From Octopus sinensis (taxonomy: Eukaryota): a DNA stretch of 14,908 nt. Below the pieces are notes generated by a model, which did no database searches, had not been told where the DNA came from, and was given only the letters and a program-made list of their open reading frames with translations. A program made the position numbers and the translations under genes. Shown one piece after another: positions 1 through 8,713 of this stretch. The stretch spans positions 1 to 14,908 of the forward strand of contig NW_021825660.1 of NCBI RefSeq assembly GCF_006345805.1. Reading direction: 5' to 3'. How positions within the stretch are numbered: position 1 is the first letter of the stretch; the number at the start of each line of letters is the position of its first letter.

Positions 1-793
1 CAGAATGTGACCATATGAGGGTACTTGAGATTATGTAATAAATTACCTAATATATTGGGTAACATATTATGAAATTTGGGGAATTCCCTAGATTTGAGGA
101 TATGTGAGTATTTGAGATTATTTAATAAATTACGTAATATATTAGGTAACATATTATTCAATTTGAGAGGTCCCTAAATTTGAGGATATGCAATTTGAAG
201 AGGTCCCTAGATGTGACGATATGGGGTACTTGAGATTATTTAATAAATTACCTAATATATTGGGTAACATATTATGAAATTTGGGGAATTCCCTAGATTT
301 GAGGATATGTGAGTATTTGAGATTATTTAATAAATTACGTAATATATTAGGTAACATATTATTCAATTTGGGAGGTCCCTAAATGAGGATATGCAATTTG
401 AGGAGGTCCCTAGATGGTGACAAAATGGGGGGTACTTGAGATTATTTAATAAATTACCTAATATATTGCGTAACATATTATGAAATTTGTAGAGGTCTTT
501 AGATTTGAGGAATGGGGGTACTTGAGATTATTTAATAAATTTATTCATTTCAATTTGGGGAGATCCATAAATTTGAGGATATGGGGGTACTTGAGATTTT
601 GTAATAAATTACGTAATATATTATGTAACATTATTCAATTTGAGAGGTTTTTGTATTGTGCATATTTGGGTATTTAAGATTATGTAATAAATTATGTAAT
701 ATATTGCGTGAGTATTATGCAATTTAGAAGGTCCTTAGATATGAGGATATGGGGTACTGAGATTATGTAATAAATTCACGTAATATATTGTAA
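1..793. repeat. AT-rich tandem satellite, ~87-bp unit built from an ~54-bp A module and an ~33-bp B module
   Basis: Motif GTAYTTGAGATT (with variants) recurs at 21, 108, 226, 313, 432, 518, 587, 670 and 754, giving spacings of 87, 118, 87, 119, 86, 69, 83 and 84 bp. B module (caatttg.gaggtccctagatttgaggatatg) is doubled in the 118/119-bp units. The array runs off the left edge of the window. Confidence 0.95.
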
Positions 794-3700
794 GTATACT
801 TTATTAAAAGAAACAAAATTTAACTTAAGCTAGACTATTTAATTTAGATTCTCAGTCCCGATTATTGGAATCTCTTCTCTCCTTTTAGGAGAAGAGCTTG
901 CAACCAGTTCCTCCTCACTCTCCATCTCCCAGTCAGATAGATTTTCTATTTGTCTCATATCTTTCACCGGCGTGTCACGGCAGCATGCCACTTCTGCAAG
1001 CTGGTAAGCAGCAGAGGCGTATTCTTCGGCAGATACTCTCACTCCATGTCTGTGTTCAACTACCATGCTTTCTAGAGTCCTTTTTAAAACAACAGATTGA
1101 ATATAAGTTCTTGTGGCTTTTTCGATCGATAATTTGTCCATATAGTTTTTGAAATATCTCGAAACAACACCGTCCCAGGTCAAGACAACCGGGATAATCT
1201 TTACCTTTGCATCATAAAGTATCGAAAGTTCGTTTGCGAGCAGATCATATTTATGAAATTTCTCGATTTCGACTTGTTTGAGGCGATCTTGTGACGTGAT
1301 GCCAACTTCAATTAAGGTTATCTCTTGTTTGGTTTGTCATACACGAAGATATCTGGTTTGTTGGATTGAACTTTAGTTTCCGTCATGATTGACATATCGA
1401 CTCTGATTTCAACATTCTGCGTCGATAATATGGACTGAACAGAATGAGTCTTTAATTTGCTTCCTCTCTTAATACCGTAGGTTCGACACAAATGAAGGTG
1501 AATGCACTTCACAACTTCATTGTGTCTCCGCAGATAATCACTGTTTAACATCTTCCCACACTGCGTAGCCAAATGATCAACTGTTTTCTTGCATTTTTTG
1601 CAGTGACTGCATAAAGATCCCATGGATGTGAAGAACAAATTCCTATCCTGCAAGAGACAGTACAATGCTTCACTCCGTGGACCATTATTTCCTTTAGATA
1701 ACCACTCTGAGGATGTGGCTAGATCAACATTTTGTTCGTCCATGCATTTGAATAGAACCGAATGTAGCATTTTACAATTGATGTTTTTAAGCAAATATTT
1801 TCTTTGAGCATCTTTGATAAACTCAACACCCAAATTCTCCATGTCGAGAATTGCATACTTGGAGGCGAGAAATCCTGCAATGTGGCCATATGCCATTTAT
1901 TGTTTGTATCACACGCAGGATTCCCGATCTCCGTAAGCATACTGTCGACTGTCTTTCTAAACTTTTCATGAACTGGAAAAGTATCAGTTCACTTCTGAAA
2001 GAGACTGAAGCAAGTCCTCTCCCAAGAGATTTCCGATTTAATATAACCTCTCTTTATTTGCAGGTTTGAGATGGAGTCTGAGAGTCGTAAGAAGTTGTCG
2101 TATTGACGGTCAATACAATCAAATTCATGAGGTTCAATATTAATGAGTCCGATGTAATAATTATATAGAGAAATGGCATTTCATTTATAGCGTGGAATAA
2201 ATTTACCGCATTTAATTTCGTCTTTGAAAGCATGGTTATCCTTTCCTTTACATTTCCAAGGATAGAATCCATTACTTTACTCTTAAGAACATTACTTCCT
2301 GCATCTTCAAGTACACCCAAGTAGCGATATCCTTTGACTCCTTCCAAAATCTCACAACAAGATAAAGATTTGACATTTGATGCTGACTTTTCTGATTTCA
2401 TCTCCAAGCCAACAGTTTAAAGAATCCATCAACAGCTTCCATCATTTTAATTACTACATCTTCTTTAAGAGCGAATATCTTTAGGTCGTCAATGAAGAAC
2501 AAATGATTAGTAGAATAGGTCAACATATTTGGGTCCTGTTGATTAATCTGAACCTTTGGAAACATGGCATTAAGAATCCTGCTTAGTGGGTCCATCACCA
2601 TAACAAACAGTTGCGGAGATAACGAGTCTCCTTGTAAAATCCCTCGGCTCAACTTTACAGAGCCAATTCTCCTTCCGTCAACATGGAGCTTTACAGTCCA
2701 CATTTGTACAGTCCTTTTCACAAAGTTAACAATCCATAAAGGTATCCCAGAGCACTCCAACACATGAAATAGAAAGTCGTGGTCAACAGAATCGAAAGCC
2801 TTCTTGACATCAATCCATGCAGAGTATAGCCCATTTCCATACTCTTTATTTAGGCATTGGTTAATAAGGGCCTGTTCTTTAGCACCCTGACACTGTCTCC
2901 TCGTACCAAGTTGATTGTCGGAAATTAAGCCAAATACATCCATGAACTCAGACAGTTTTCCATTAACACACTTGGTAACTAACTTATAAAGTGTCGACAT
3001 GCATGTTATAGGCCGTAAATCTTTCGGGGTCTCACAATCGTTCTTTTTAGGAATTAGATATGTAATTCCAGTATAAAACCAGTTTTCTGCATGTAATCAC
3101 CGTTGATTATTTTCTTGATTTCAACACATAAAAATTCATGCAGAGATTCTAGTCTTTTAATGAAGAAATTATATATTCCGTCACATCCCGGTGCCTTCCA
3201 GTCAGGAAGATACTTAATGATCTCCATTATGTAATTATTTGTTAAATCTGGCAACATGTCTTCACTGCCGGTTATTCTTTTACTAACATTGTCCAGTGGC
3301 ACGGATATTTCGCGCCTTTTGCTCCATACTTTTTCCCAGAACGACATGCACTCCTCATCGTCAAAAGAGTATGTTGTGACTTCATTACTCTTTGATAAGT
3401 TTCTGTAAAATCTTCTTCTGTTTAGTTCGAAGCAAACATTGTCCTTACGAAAGTCCTTCCTCCAGTTATATACAGCAATTTGTTTTTTCTTAACTCTGAT
3501 TAGGTCATGTAGTAAGGATTCGATTCTCGAAAGCTCTCCTTTTTTTTTCCTTTTATATCCATAACGACATAGAATATCCATCACATTTTGTTTTTCACAC
3601 TGTGGCAGAGCCTGTCTTACGTAACAATTTACAAGTTCTAGTTCTGCGGATAATTTTGAAATCTTCGCCTCGGTATTTCCCAGCCATGTAGTCTGTGGCT

Positions 3701-4415
3701 TAACTTTCTTAGTTAAGACTGAGTAGGCACACTGGGCAGCATATAAAATATCACAAATTGCATTGATATCTCGAGGTGGATCGTCCTTTGTAATATGATA
3801 TATTGCAGAGTTTAATCCCATTAAAATATCAGCTTTGACATATTTTCTTGGAATTTTCCATGTAGGCTTACGAGCCTCTCTCGGTATCGATTTAACTTCC
3901 TTAATTTGGAAGTTAATCTCTTCCAGGCAATTTCTGAAATTGGAGATTTCCACTTGTTCCCTTGTTGGGAATTGTTTGCTATTAGATCCACCAGCTTCAT
4001 TATTGTTACCAACTACTGGTTTGAGTTTGGCCATATTTTTCAATCTGGTTAGACTCGTACTCTCAGAAAATTTCACGTTGAACTTTTCAAAGATAAAACT
4101 CCAGCCACCTCTGGGTATTCTCCCCAGTCTTTGTCTGGTGGCATGAACAGCCTGTGACACCCATTCATTCTTAGAGACACAATTGACATCCTCAATAATG
4201 GCAGAAAGAGTGTGAAAGTTAGTATTGGCAACATGACTTCCAAACGTAGGGTTATTGTTTATACAAGCTCTTGTGGCATTATCCAGCCCCAGAGACATCG
4301 TTCCTGCATCCACCATATCTTTTTTATAATTTACTTCTGCAGGAGGGCCCATGGGATTCATTTTCTTCTTATCGAGAAAAACGGACATGAACAGCACCAC
4401 AACAACAACAATTTT
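794..4415 (-). mobile_element. R4/Dong-type non-LTR retrotransposon (single ORF: RT + CCHC + restriction-like endonuclease), ~3.6 kb, inserted in the satellite
   Basis: The same satellite flanks both sides. Imperfect TSD: taatatattgtaa (781-793) vs taatatttgtaa (4416-4427). AATAAA on the minus strand at 800-805 after a short 3' UTR. Domain motifs are listed under the ORF. Exact ends are approximate. Confidence 0.88.
839..4361 (-). pseudogene. Frameshifted RT-RLE polyprotein of the R4-type element
   Basis: Stitching ORFs 3054-4439, 2398-3000, 2054-2407, 1318-1896 and 839-1183 gives: WKAPGCDGI; LRPITCMSTLYK; WIDVKKAFDSVDH; GILQGDSLSPQLF; HLFFIDDLKIF (RT YxDD equivalent); GYRYLGV; CxxCx6Hx4C (CKKCKKTVDHLATQC); RHN; PDIFVYDK..ITLIEVG (PD-(D/E)xK-type RLE). 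Likely start is MNPMG at 4361. About seven apparent 1-bp deletions (~3089, 2420, 2180, 2103, 1900, 1880, 1335). Confidence 0.92.
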
Positions 4416-4665
4416 TAATATTTGTAATATATTATACAATTTGAGGAGGTTCCTAGATGTGAGGATATGGGAATACTTGAGATTTTATAATAAATTACGA
4501 ATATATTGCGTAAAATATTATGAAATTTGTAGAGGTCTTTAGATTTGAGGAATGGGTACTTGAGATTATTTAATAAAATATGTAATATATTGAGTAACAT
4601 ATTATGAAATTTGGGGAATTCCCTAGATTTGAGGATATGTGAGTATTTGAGATTATTTAATAAAT
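4416..4665. repeat. Continuation of the ~87-bp satellite (about 3 units)
   Basis: Same modules as 1-793. For example, 4601-4665 matches 66-130 (tatgaaatttggggaattccctagatttgaggatatgtgagtatttgagattatttaataaat). It ends abruptly at 4665. Confidence 0.95.
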
Positions 4666-4868
4666 CCTCTGTCTTAGCCAAGAAGATTCGCTTGCATCCA
4701 TGTTTCTCCGAGCGATAAGGAGGCAGACGTGTTTTAAGAAGAACTTGGATGTTTGCGGGACAAAGGCTGCGGAGATCTCGAATGCCAAAGGGACAATTAC
4801 TAGTTGCATTTGGATTGTTGAAATAGTTATTTAAAGAACAAATAAATAAAACAATTATTTTTAAAGTG

Positions 4869-5234
4869 TTATTTTGTATTCGTGTACTTAGTAACTGCCT
4901 TTGCACCCTCTGTAATAGCATGTTTTGCCAATTCACCGGGAAGAAGAATCAGACGAACTGCAGTCTGTATTTCACGTGAGGTAATGGTAGCCTTCGAATT
5001 CTGATAGACTAGATTTGATGCCTCGGTTTTTATTTTGTCATAAACATCAAATGTGAAACTGTCCATAGCCATCATAGCCTTCTTTGACATCCCAAGTTGA
5101 TTATGTACTGTCTTTAAAATTTTCATAAATATATGGAAAAAGTTTTCCTTTTCTTTTTTTTCTTGTAGCAACAGAAACATTTTTGCTTTTTATAGGAGCT
5201 CTTTTTGTCCCTTTGTGCTAACTTTAGGTGCCAT
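4869..5234 (-). CDS. H2B: Histone H2B, divergent (copy 1; three 1-bp deletions and one 3-bp insertion relative to the reconstructed frame)
   Basis: MAPK start at 5234. Core motifs [59 protein letters not shown]. Stop at 4869-4871. The copy at 10110-10474 supplies the missing bases. Confidence 0.93.
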
Positions 5235-5247
5235 TATCCACAAAATT

Positions 5248-5299
5248 TGCTATTACAGAGGGTGCAAAGGCAGTTACTAAGTACACGAATACAAAATAA
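5248..5299 (+). pseudogene. H2B: H2B 3' fragment (last ~16 codons, [16 protein letters not shown])
   Basis: Exact reverse complement of 4869-4920. It begins at the fold-back junction and has no start codon. Confidence 0.9.
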
Positions 5300-5359
5300 C
5301 ACTTTAAAAATAATTGTTTTATTTATTTGTTCTTTAAATAACTATTTCAACAATCCAAA

Positions 5360-5571
5360 TGCAACTAGTAATTGTCCCTTTGGCATTCGAGATCTCCGCA
5401 GCCTTTGTCCCGCAAACATCCAAGTTCTTAAAACACGTCTGCCTCCTTATCGCTCGGAGAAACATGGATGCAAGCGAATCTTCTTGGCTAAGACAGAGGA
5501 TCTCTGGTACAATCATGCGCGGCAACACCAAGCTATTCTTTTGACCGGGATCTGATCGTTCTCTGTTTTTT
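5360..5571. other. Element X: unidentified GC-richer segment between H2B and H3
   Basis: 58/120 G+C at 5401-5520 vs 6/60 at 5641-5700. Near-identical copies at 9841-10060 and, partially, at 4664-4810. T6 run at 5566-5571. No RNA or protein family recognised. Confidence 0.55.
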
Positions 5572-5716
5572 CTTTAATTAGTTCACTAGTAATTTAGTCT
5601 GTAATCTCGAAAAATTCATCAATTTAAGCAATAGTTACAATTATTTGATGGTGCTGATAAAATATTATTTTAAAAATATTTAATTTTTTAATTTTAAAAA
5701 TGATGAGTGATTTAAC

Positions 5717-5790
5717 CAAAAAATTTTCGGAATGATACTTTTTTGCATCACTCGAAAAAATTCGGAATAATGTTGTTTAACTATATAAAA
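5717..5790 (+). promoter_or_regulatory. H3 promoter: TTTCGGAATGATACTTTTTTGCAT motif block plus TATA box
   Basis: TATATAAAA at 5782-5790, 46 bp upstream of the ATG. TTCGGAAT at 5726-5733 and 5761-5768. The same motif block occurs in the H2A/H4 intergenic region. Confidence 0.6.
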
Positions 5791-5835
5791 CAAAAATAAC
5801 TAGCCTGAAACTGTTCTGTCTGAAATAAAAAAAAT

Positions 5836-6249
5836 ATGGCTAGAACTAAACAAACTGCTCGAAAATCTACTGGAGCAAAAGTTCCAAGGAAACAATTGTC
5901 TGCAAAATCTGCTCGCAAGTCTGTTTCACAATTTGGAGGGGTAAAGAAACCTCATCGATTTCGACCTGGAGTTGTTGCAATGCGAGAAATTAGACGATAT
6001 CAAAAGAGCACTGATTTGTTACTACGAAAACTTCCATTCCAGAGACTCGTGAGAGAAACCGCTCAGTTTATCAAAACTGATTTGCGTTTTCAATCGTCAG
6101 CGATTGTCGCTCTCCAAGAAGCGGCAGAGAGTTACCTAGTTGGAATTTTTGAAGATAGTAATTTGTGCGCAATTCACGGAAAAAAGAGTAACTATAATGC
6201 CAAACGATATGCATTTATCGAGAAGAATTCGAGGTGAAAAAAAACATAA
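5836..6249 (+). CDS. H3: Histone H3, divergent (copy 1; extra A in the run at ~6180-6185 and two extra A near the end)
   Basis: [80 protein letters not shown]. With copy 2 the C-terminus corrects to [22 protein letters not shown] (135 aa after Met). Confidence 0.96.
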
Positions 6250-6476
6250 TTTGTATTTTAAATAAAAAATGATTTATTGTTTGGATAATTCTGAGACAAT
6301 TTTTAAATTTTTTGTTGAAGTTTGTAGAGAAAATGTAATGTTGCACCTCGTTTAGATAAAAAGAGGATACTAGTTGTGTATTTTAGAAAATATATAATAA
6401 AAATGTTTAATACGGTTGTTGGATAATTAATATATAGCAGGAAAACAAACAAAAACCTATAACCATGAACAAGCTA

Positions 6477-7940
6477 TAGTGAACAAAAATAAAAACTGAA
6501 CATGCTTTTTCTTATAAATTTACAATTGGACAATATTGCAAATATGTCTCAAATTTATTTTTAACATAGATTAAAGTATTTCACATTTTTTTAGTTTTTT
6601 AATAAATATATATTTATGCCTTTTTTATGATATCGAAAATTTAAAACCAAAAAAATACTGAACAAATTTAAATTACTTATATATATCAAAAAAAGGTTTT
6701 ATTTTTTAAAATTCGTTCAAATTCAATCATTTGTAACCTCTCTACGTAGCCAATCATTGAACATTTGAAGAAAAAGGCAGAATAATTGGCATGTATAAAT
6801 CTGGAAAAACATACAGAGAAATACAAGATATCACGAAAAAGTATGCTTGGCACGATATTGCAAATTATCAAAAGCTATTCAAATAAGTGCTTGACGGACA
6901 AAAAAGTTGGGTCTGGTTGACCATTCGTTGCTCAATCGTCAAAAATATTTTAAATTAAAGAGGCTTGAAAAGTGGATGTCAATTTCAACTGTTTTTAATT
7001 TACTAAAACATTTACAGAAAAAAGGGAAATCAGTAACAGCTCAAACAATAAGAAATACCACGAAAAAATTGGTCTGAATGCATATCCGCCACGAAAGACC
7101 ATTCTTACAAAAACCCTAAACTTCAATGATTAAAGCTATGCCAACATGCAATATGCTCTCAAAATATTTCGGGAGCGAGTTATTTTAAGTGATGAAAGTA
7201 AATTAATATGTAAAATAGTGATGTACGAACTTTAGTATGGAGAAATCGCAAGGAAAAATATTTAACAAACAATCTTACAAAACAGTAAAATTCGGTAAAG
7301 GAACTATCATGAACTATCATGCCATAATCAATATTGGATTCATTAATTTGGTTTTGATAAAAGAAGATTGGTGGAGCTTTGTATGTTAACATATTAACGA
7401 ATAATATGATCTCATTTCTGAACAAAATCGAACATAAAGATCCTAGTTCCAACAAGACAATGATCTGAAACATACTTCGACAATAGCAAAGAGCTTTTTC
7501 AAGTAAATAATATCGAATTACTACTATGGCCAACACAAAGCCCAGATTTAAACCCTATAGAGAATGTTTGGGCCTTTATTAAAGAAAAAATCAAAGGAAG
7601 AGAATTTTTGAAAAGGAACATTTATTGCAAAAATATCATCCATTTGGAATTAACTCAAAATAGAATACGCAAAAAGTCTTATTAATAGCATGCCAGGCCG
7701 AATACTAGATGTAATTAGAGCTAATGGAGGACATAATAGATATTAAATAAATTTGTTCATTTTTTGGGTTCTGAATTATGAATGAATGGAAAACCGTATA
7801 AATATAATATTTTTTAGACAAACTAAAAAATAAAGCAAAACTTTATTTAATTTTATAAATCAATAGATGTTATTTTTTAAATATTGTTTCATAGTAAATT
7901 CATGAGAAAATGCTTTTTCAGTTTTTATTTTTGTTCACTG
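6477..7940 (+). mobile_element. Tc1-family DNA transposon, 1464 bp, degenerate
   Basis: TIRs 6477-6500 (tagtgaacaaaaataaaaactgaa) and 7917-7940 match 23/24 and continue imperfectly inward. TA TSDs at 6475-6476 and 7941-7942. Internal transposase remnants. Confidence 0.92.
6761..7746 (+). pseudogene. Tc1 DD34E transposase remnant
   Basis: HTH-like EEKGRIIGMYKSGKTYREIQ at ~6767-6826. VILSDESK at ~7180-7203. FQQDNDLKHT (D at 7456). WPTQSPDLNPIENVW (E at 7560), 34 residues from D to E after correcting one base. C-terminus DVIRANGGHNRY*. Many frameshifts and stops; the start was not located. Confidence 0.88.
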
Positions 7941-8189
7941 TATATATTTACTATTTTTTGGGATAATTTAGCCTAAGTAAATAAATTATATTGGACTAAA
8001 AAAATATTTCGCCAATGATAAAATAACACAGTATTGCGATATTTTATCTATAATTACTTCTAAATGTTTATTCGTTAATTGTGTTTGAAATTTTTTTGAA
8101 ATTCGTTAAAAAAACTTAACTGGTTGATCTATTGTTTCGAAAACAATATTACAAAATAACAGTGCATTATTCAAATAATTAATTTAAAG

Positions 8190-8548
8190 TTAGGAAGTTG
8201 GTTTAGGAGTTTCTGCAGTTTTGCGAATCATAAATCCACCAGATGAAATAATAGCTTTCTGAGTTAATTCTTTTAATTCGTCGTCATTTCCAATTGCCAA
8301 CGACAATGTGACGTGGTTTAATTCTTCTTTTTCCACATTTTACTGCTGTATTTCCAGCAAGTTCAAGCATTTCAGCCACAGCATATTCAATACTGCGCAC
8401 ATATATACGGCGGCAGGAATTCCTACTCGCATTCGGGTTTCATGACGGAGACACCGGTGAATGCGTCCAACTGGAAACTGTAACCGGCCCGAACGGATTT
8501 GCTTTTAGCCTTTGACCGTACTTTTCCTCCTTTTCCTCTTGAAGACAT
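8190..8548 (-). CDS. H2A: Histone H2A, divergent and short (~119 aa; two 1-bp deletions and one 1-bp insertion). Not visible in the supplied ORF track
   Basis: Manual translation: MSSRGKGGKVRSKAKSKSVRAG(L)QFPVGRIHRCLRHETRMRVGIPAAVYMCAV(L)EYAVAEMLELAGNTAVKCGKRRIKPRHI.LAIGNDDELKELTQKAIISSGGFMIRKTAETPKPTS*. Indels at ~8482, ~8389 and ~8302. Confidence 0.92.
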
Positions 8549-8713
8549 TATACTCTGCTAACTATTTTATTTACATAATAAAAAAAATGGCATTCCGAAA
8601 TTTAGTTGAAAATTTTTTTCGGAATGGTCCTTTTTTGCATAGTCGAAAAATTTGGCAATGCTACTTTTTTTGCATAGGTTGAAAATAGTGTTTATTTAGA
8701 GAGAATTTTCCTA
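8549..8713. promoter_or_regulatory. Bidirectional H2A/H4 promoter region (165 bp)
   Basis: Divergent ATGs at 8548 and 8714. Perfect 10-bp inverted pair cattccgaaa (8591-8600) / tttcggaatg (8617-8626). Two tandem CTTTTTTGCATAG blocks ending at 8642 and 8677. Confidence 0.7.

Larger units (their letters stand above)
4664..5501. repeat. Inverted duplication: arms 4664-4920 and 5248-5501 (~255 bp) around a 327-bp spacer holding most of H2B
   Basis: 4664-4920 is the reverse complement of 5248-5501 apart from a 3-bp GAA insertion in the left arm. 4664-5250 is also a near-identical direct copy of 9909-10490. Confidence 0.95.

Noticed and set aside
79-88. Palindromes in the satellite (GGGAATTCCC kB-like; ATTACGTAAT; TAATATATTA)
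   Set aside because: Short palindromes multiplied by tandem amplification; no evidence of function.
154-677. Satellite ORFs, including an LRR-like reading (LPNILGNLLNNLKY..) on the minus strand
   Set aside because: Unit lengths of 118, 119, 86 and 83 bp and the 205-bp higher-order period are not multiples of 3. The N/L/K/Y-rich translation is expected from AT-rich repeats.
1-793. CRISPR-like repeat-spacer array
   Set aside because: The whole unit is repeated with no unique spacers, there are no cas genes, and the context is eukaryotic.
5470-5500. U2 snRNA-like string (cttggctaaga) in X
   Set aside because: No GTAGTA branch-point pairing sequence and no Sm site follow.
4415-5555. ORFs 4415-4936(-), 5205-5555(+), 9831-10082(-) and 9857-10177(-)
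   Set aside because: Alternative-frame read-throughs across H2B 3' ends, X and rearrangement junctions; their ends differ between copies and no family is recognisable.
6686-7536. Minus-strand ORFs 6686-6871 and 7180-7536
   Set aside because: Antisense to the decayed Tc1 transposase; no motifs.
8131-8147. Hairpin attgttt-cga-aaacaat ~43 nt downstream of the H2A stop as a histone stem-loop
   Set aside because: AT-only weak stem, wrong loop size and sequence, and no counterpart after the other histones.
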